Below the pieces are notes generated by a model that saw nothing but the letters and a program-made list of their open reading frames with translations, was not told where the DNA came from and made no database searches. Source: Podarcis liolepis (taxonomy: Eukaryota). Taken from it: a DNA stretch of 64,000 nt. Of this stretch, positions 61,501-64,000 are shown one piece after another (position 1 is the first letter of the stretch; every line of letters begins with the position of its first letter). The stretch is taken from the NCBI GenBank assembly GCA_965112155.1, contig OZ218107.1; one strand, written 5' to 3'. The translations under genes and the position numbers were made by a program.

Positions 61501-64000
61501 GGCCAGCCCCCTGCTGAAAAAGTTTGCTGACCCCTGTAAACAAACAACATTATGGCTTTTAGTACCTCTCTTCTTCCAAAGATGCTTCACTTAAACTGCT
61601 GTCATCATGAAGTTCATGCAGATTTTCAATAATCTCCTGACTGGTTTTCTGCTTTGAAATCCATTTTTTATTTTCAGTTTTTTCTACATCCTTCACCTTG
61701 GCAATAGGATTTTCCCTCAAATGCAGAAAAAATATAGTTATTAAGAAGCTACAGCAAACTATTGTAACCCACACTACCTTAAATAATATGCACTGGGTTA
61801 AAACAAATGCACCTGTAGCAAAACAAAAAAAAAATTATACAGTGACAAAAATGAAACCATAACATACTTAGAGATGGAAAAATTATTGGCAGATGATTTT
61901 TGGGACTCTTTGAGGAAAATTAGAACTAAATGCTACTAACTACAACAGTATGACTATTTCAATTCAAAATGATGAACTATGCTTTCACATGTCCAGGAAG
62001 GAGATGTAAATATAGTCTACATCAGATGGTTGTATAGTTACTTATCTCCTTGTGCAAACTCATTCAGTACATTCATATGAGTACAGTTGTGTATATTATT
62101 ATTCATACTCACTTCTTAAAAGTTACTGTAAGTAATCCCTTTCTTTCTACTGAGGAAATTTTGCTCATTAATTGACTTTCTTCCATCATTTCACCTTCAT
62201 TTTCTGAGGGCTTTAGATCCCTTTGTTCAATATTCATAGCCAGTTTTTCCCCAACATTTGCAGTTTCTTTTTTTCCAATGACCTCCACTTCCTCCCATTT
62301 CTGCTTTCTTTTTTCCTCTTCAACCTAAAACAAACAAGGCAATATATTTGTCAGAATGCAAGTAGAAAGCCAAGAATTTTTAATTGTTCTTTTCCCCCCT
62401 TAACACTCCAGGAAAACAACCATTTCACCCTTGAAAAGAAAACACTCACTACTAAGCTTGCAAGTTAATAAGAATTTGTATTGCATAACAGGTAGTAATG
62501 AAAGAATACATGTATTAGTGACAGAAAAACACACACAATATTTAAGTGAAAGCAGATAAAATATTATTTGGAAAAGTGACCAACAATACTATAAATGAGG
62601 AAAATGAATCATACAAGAGTAACATTTCACACAGCAAAAGTGAAGAGTGCCAAGCAAGAATGACAGTAAATGGAAATATTGATCAATACCCTGTTCAGAA
62701 GCCACTTTCACATTTTGGCTCAAATTCTTACCCTGCTTAAAATGGGCGCAGTGAATTTGTTAGGCCATTGCACCTATTTACAGCCTTTTCATGTTAGTAT
62801 AGTCAACTATTAAATTTATTTATTCATTTATTTATTTAATTTGTAAGCTGCCCTTGATTCGTAGATCTCAAGGTGGTTCACAGCATAGAAATACAAAAAA
62901 ACAAAAAAATACATGATAAAAAAAATTGGTGAATTAACTGTTAAAATCATCGTCTAATGGAATGAAAGCATATATCTCTTCCTTTGTGATCCGCTTAAGA
63001 ATAATTGTGTGAAGCTTAAAAAGAGGGCTTTCCGATAAATGCTGAAGAGCTAAAATGAACAGGATGGTTGAAGTGCAAGAAAGATCAAAGAATGAAAAGC
63101 AGCAGGTACACCTCTACCTCTTTTTGCAGTTGGGCTTTTTCGTTCTCCAAAGCCAGGAACACTATCTGCAGCATTCCTACCTCATTTTTAAACCTTGCGA
63201 CATCACGTTCCAATTCTTTATCCAGTTCTTTTTTGGATGCTTGATGGAAGCTTTGTTCAAAGTTTCTCATTTTATTTCCAATCTCAGTATCGGTATCTTT
63301 ACAACTGCTTACAACAGTCTTAAAACTATGTAGAGTTTTTCTACTTGTTTCATTTGCTACATCAAAATGTAAGTTTGAATCGTCCGTCATGATCGGTTGT
63401 TTGATACCTGCAGTCTTAAAATTTGCATCTGAAACACTGTCTTTACAAGTATGCAATGGTGAATAATTGGGACTTGTTATTGGAGCTGAAGTCTTTCCAC
63501 TCTTATTTCTTTCCAAGTGTTCAACTGTATTGTCACTCCTTTCTTCACCTAGATTCACTTTTGTAGCTCCTGTATTATTGGACAATGCCTCATCATATGT
63601 GTTACAATGCTGCTCAATATTCTGATTTTCATTCTTACACAGTTTAAAAAGAGGCTTCTGAGAAATGGAATTTTGGGGATATAAAATTGTGTTTTCAGTA
63701 CTGAATTCCATTTCAGTGATCACAGAGTTTGACTCTCTATCACTCTTTCCATGTATACCAATGGTACCTTTAGACAGATGAGGTGATGGTGATTCTTTCG
63801 TACCCTCTAATACACCACTGAAGCCATCTTGCGATATTCCTTCCTCAGTAGTATTGCATTTTTTCTCATTTCCATTAACTTCACCGAACATCTGCTTTAG
63901 TTCTGCTGTAATGCTCTTAAAATGTGTTTTGACTTCCCTTTTTTCACTTGCAACCCACATTTTTTCATATCTTTCTTCCCAGAGTGTTGAATACAAATGA
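27305..64000 (-). CDS. ANKRD26: ANKRD26 / CCDC144-family coiled-coil protein, 3' portion: 21 coding exons, ~1,567 aa in window; N-terminal ankyrin repeats are outside the window
   Basis: Spliced exons keep phase throughout with canonical GT/AG ends. Motifs match ANKRD26 as I recall it: DDSSLSE, DDLTxSS, DSVSLLKIQ, QLQSENLLLRQQ, ELADSLKKQSMSEASLEV, EIEERARQ, QAASQE, and C-terminal SPIGSIDES...YLDVLKKNYMI*. Confidence 0.93.
28164..28504 (-). mobile_element. Sauria SINE
   Basis: TSD ccacttcactaaa. Confidence 0.9.
29359..29610 (-). mobile_element. Squam3-like tRNA SINE
   Basis: Head gagagccagtgtggtgtagtggttaagagcgg; (CTT)n tail. Confidence 0.8.
29805..30043. mobile_element. Tigger-like MITE
   Basis: TIRs plus TA TSD. 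Confidence 0.9.
30380..31100 (+). mobile_element. Old RTE-X-like LINE remnant
   Basis: LEIPQNKY...FELPKATETSVLHLEAGL aligns by eye with LQNQFLRRLLKLPMCVSNAAIRLEL of the 46.5-kb element. Confidence 0.5.
32631..32899 (-). mobile_element. Sauria SINE with internal deletion
   Basis: TSD tgtatac; deletion junction cttgc|gggg near 32832. Confidence 0.88.
33175..33305 (-). mobile_element. Squam2-like SINE (tRNA head plus CR1-type tail)
   Basis: ttggactagatgaccctc...ccaactacaattctgtga tail; related copies at 61155-61270 and 41300-41362. Confidence 0.55.
33763..33808 (-). CDS. ANKRD26: ANKRD26 exon T (MRTELEKTIAKELEQ)
   Basis: tttcag|ATG ... CAAG|gtatgt; 46 nt, phase 0 to 1. Confidence 0.88.
36185..36362. 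mobile_element. hAT (Charlie-like) MITE
   Basis: Imperfect TIR caggagcttccaaact/agtttgggaacccctg. Confidence 0.6.
36470..36960 (+). mobile_element. L2 LINE ORF2 remnant
   Basis: RANKLKLDPGKTEALL...ALVTSRLDYRNALYVG; a similar minus-strand remnant is at ~57640-57830. Confidence 0.85.
37154..37400 (-). CDS. ANKRD26: ANKRD26 exon S (ANEKLTEASTKLLHER...VEAYLAK; DUF3496-type region)
   Basis: ttccacag|A ... AAG|gtgagt; 247 nt, phase 2 to 0. Confidence 0.9.
37581..37925 (+). mobile_element. Sauria SINE, distinct subfamily
   Basis: TSD tactgctattcca; 3' half differs diagnostically from the other copies. Confidence 0.88.
38485..38710. mobile_element. Tigger-like MITE (opposite orientation to 29805)
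   Basis: TIRs plus TA TSD. Confidence 0.9.
38942..39177 (-). CDS. ANKRD26: ANKRD26 exon R (TQAASQETMEQMR...SLGSKLD)
   Basis: gtcccag|ACG ... GATCG|gtaatt; 236 nt, phase 0 to 2. Confidence 0.9.
39392..39640 (-). CDS. ANKRD26: ANKRD26 exon Q (LEVESARR...EIEERARQDISQKLEQVNLFLQ)
   Basis: ttctcaacag|TTG ... CAG|gtaaat; 249 nt; the first in-frame AG downstream of an in-frame TGA (see findings). Confidence 0.85.
39959..40100 (-). CDS. ANKRD26: ANKRD26 exon P (VKKFLKTAKKKIKEYE...LRTK)
   Basis: tctttag|A ... AAG|gtatat; 142 nt, phase 2 to 0. Confidence 0.9.
40335..40503. mobile_element. Tc2/pogo-like MITE
   Basis: TA-ctgtattttt...aaaaatacag-TA; internal tgcgtgttat repeats. Confidence 0.8.
41770..41882 (-). 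CDS. ANKRD26: ANKRD26 exon O (LEHEKKKVRKLVELKQSVEARLEEEMKRNIELQKECS)
   Basis: ctcttgaag|TTG ... GCGG|gtaagg; 113 nt, phase 0 to 2. Confidence 0.88.
41990..42800 (-). mobile_element. Possible DIRS-like retroelement remnant
   Basis: AVAFLAGAALD...AMVGSVAR resembles the DIRS ORF1 C-terminus; degenerate. Confidence 0.35.
43117..43470. mobile_element. Tigger-like MITE (third family)
   Basis: TIR cagtggtgcctcgcaaga/tcttgcggggcaccactg; TA TSD; ttcgtcttgcg repeats. Confidence 0.87.
43597..43731 (-). CDS. ANKRD26: ANKRD26 exon N (VQTQTIFSATAQDTQSMWEEEVKSKSKLEARLSELEKEKTELMAQ)
   Basis: ccatag|GTC ... CAG|gtgagt; 135 nt, phase 0. Confidence 0.82.
45188..45265 (-). CDS. ANKRD26: ANKRD26 exon M (IHSRLEELINGLQRAKVNLEEQLKQQ)
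   Basis: aaatag|ATT ... CAG|gtgcgg; 78 nt, phase 0, heptad pattern; weak pyrimidine tract. Confidence 0.75.
45815..45908 (-). CDS. ANKRD26: ANKRD26 exon L (SLEIENARLEATAAQQAGRIEILQKDLQNSVS)
   Basis: ctttaag|T ... TCT|gtaagt; 94 nt, phase 2 to 0. Confidence 0.88.
46119..46273 (-). CDS. ANKRD26: ANKRD26 exon K (LQESEEQHLQSER...LEDHIQ)
   Basis: ttttacag|TTG ... CAGAG|gtaaaa; 155 nt, phase 0 to 2. Confidence 0.88.
46556..47609 (-). mobile_element. Young 5'-truncated RTE-X-like LINE
   Basis: C-terminal CxC...H...C motif (LCMCDGKTVDSLPHIMFNC), (TAAA)n tail, perfect 14-bp TSD gaaccaagaggttt (46542-46555, 47610-47623). Confidence 0.85.
47900..48052 (-). CDS. ANKRD26: ANKRD26 exon J (GTIRQLKQELADSLKKQSMSEASLEV...)
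   Basis: ttcttag|GGT ... AAG|gtatga; 153 nt. Confidence 0.92.
48675..49631 (-). CDS. ANKRD26: ANKRD26 exon I (large coiled-coil, CCDC144C-type domain; 319 codons)
   Basis: attcag|ATG ... GAG|gtaagt; 957 nt; corresponds to ORF 48609..49631. Confidence 0.95.
49730..49950 (-). mobile_element. L2 LINE 3' end remnant
   Basis: LWNALPREACLVPSLHIFRCQAKTFLFSQAF; a similar plus-strand remnant is at 45470-45735. Confidence 0.75.
50446..50768. mobile_element. Tc2/pogo-like MITE
   Basis: TIR ccgttttggcctgaatataagcc/ggcttatattcaggccaatacag; TA TSD. Confidence 0.85.
50868..51198 (+). mobile_element. Sauria SINE (ends slightly truncated)
   Basis: Family sequence match to the other copies. Confidence 0.88.
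51290..51436 (-). CDS. ANKRD26: ANKRD26 exon H (IEEERNEAQQQLSQEKSARALQEGILNTHL...)
   Basis: ttttgtag|ATT ... GAG|gtatcc; 147 nt, phase 0. Confidence 0.9.
53389..53739 (+). mobile_element. Sauria SINE
   Basis: TSD taagccccaaaacgg. Confidence 0.92.
53790..54120 (-). mobile_element. L1-like RT remnant
   Basis: LFQVLIKIGMGSAFMSWVKLMYSKPTVSIYVN, then CPFSPLLLNLFIE in a shifted frame. Confidence 0.7.
54349..54680 (+). mobile_element. Sauria SINE
   Basis: TSD ttacaaaacaaag. Confidence 0.9.
56038..56221 (-). CDS. ANKRD26: ANKRD26 exon G (FSLKQQEEKR...LKNHLKQ)
   Basis: ttgccag|A ... CAG|gttaga; 184 nt, phase 2 to 0. Confidence 0.9.
56709..57114 (+). mobile_element. Sauria SINE with 45-bp internal tandem duplication
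   Basis: TSD tatctaataaaa; duplication at 56836-56880 and 56881-56925. Confidence 0.92.
57187..57400 (-). CDS. ANKRD26: ANKRD26 exon F (DSVSLLKIQ...VEWESTISSL)
   Basis: aagcag|AT ... CTCAA|gtaagc; 214 nt, phase 1 to 2. Confidence 0.9.
58217..58358 (-). CDS. ANKRD26: ANKRD26 exon E (IYRAMGVANDFDDLTPSS...LSLDSK)
   Basis: ttaaag|ATC ... AAAG|gtaagc; 142 nt, phase 0 to 1. Confidence 0.88.
59406..59439 (-). CDS. ANKRD26: ANKRD26 micro-exon D (RHQARSVNETKK)
   Basis: ttttctag|A ... AAG|gtact; 34 nt, phase 2 to 0. It is required to keep frame and matches the small RPTKKTSNEKNK-type exon. Confidence 0.82.
60203..60556 (-). mobile_element. Sauria SINE
   Basis: TSD gggaaataatta. Confidence 0.92.
60607..60741. 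mobile_element. hAT MITE (URR1-like)
   Basis: cagt...actg termini; perfect 8-bp TSD gtctaaac. Confidence 0.8.
61283..61536. mobile_element. hAT-Charlie-like MITE, ending 30 nt from the exon C donor
   Basis: Imperfect TIR catgggtaggcaaact/agtttgctgacccctg; ggcccg/cgggcc-type subterminal motifs. Confidence 0.75.
61566..61715 (-). CDS. ANKRD26: ANKRD26 exon C (ENPIAKVKD...DDSSLSEASLEEE)
   Basis: ctgcatttgag|G ... GAGAG|gtact; 150 nt, phase 2 to 2. Confidence 0.85.
62113..62324 (-). CDS. ANKRD26: ANKRD26 exon B (VEEEKRKQKWEEVE...LTVTFK)
   Basis: ttttag|GTTGAA ... AAGAA|gtgagt; 212 nt, phase 0 to 2. Confidence 0.88.
63118..64000 (-). CDS. ANKRD26: ANKRD26 exon A (large, cut by window edge): HLYSTLWEERYEK...RFKNEVGMLQIVFLALENEKAQLQKE
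   Basis: Open frame to the window end. Donor AAAGAG|gtagag; the next exon starts VEEE in phase 0. Confidence 0.85.

Noticed and set aside
27305-64000. Possibility that this ANKRD26 copy is a pseudogene
   Set aside because: All 21 exons splice in frame with canonical sites and no premature stops.

Overview
This is vertebrate genomic DNA, almost certainly from a squamate lizard. The Sauria-SINE subfamily looks lacertid (Podarcis-like), which is an inference from recall and not a database match. Bases ~26,300-64,000 hold the 3' part of an ANKRD26/CCDC144-family gene on the minus strand. I traced 21 coding exons with GT-AG boundaries and continuous reading phase, about 1,567 codons ending ...YLDVLKKNYMI*. 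The 5' ankyrin-repeat exons lie beyond the right edge. Bases 1-26,300 contain no supportable protein-coding gene. They are intergenic, repeat-rich DNA with a few repeat-free blocks that look like cis-regulatory elements. The repeat load is typical of squamates: Sauria SINEs, Squam2/Squam3-like SINEs, Bov-B and other RTE LINEs, RTE-X, L2, L1/Tx1, Tc1/mariner (Tigger/Tc2-like) and hAT MITEs, and solo LTRs. Best leads: (1) a four-element nested TE stack at 18.7-20.5 kb in which two different LTRs share a same-frame acidic-to-basic ORF signature in U3; (2) an inverted SINE pair bracketing three ANKRD26 exons that would circularise into a 390-nt stop-free ring; (3) an apparent 3' splice-site shift that intronised about 7 ancestral codons; (4) a young sense-oriented RTE-X with a poly(A)-signal tail inside an ANKRD26 intron. 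There is no prokaryotic system, CRISPR array or genuine structural RNA gene. Family names and human comparisons come from recognition and need RepeatMasker/BLAST confirmation.
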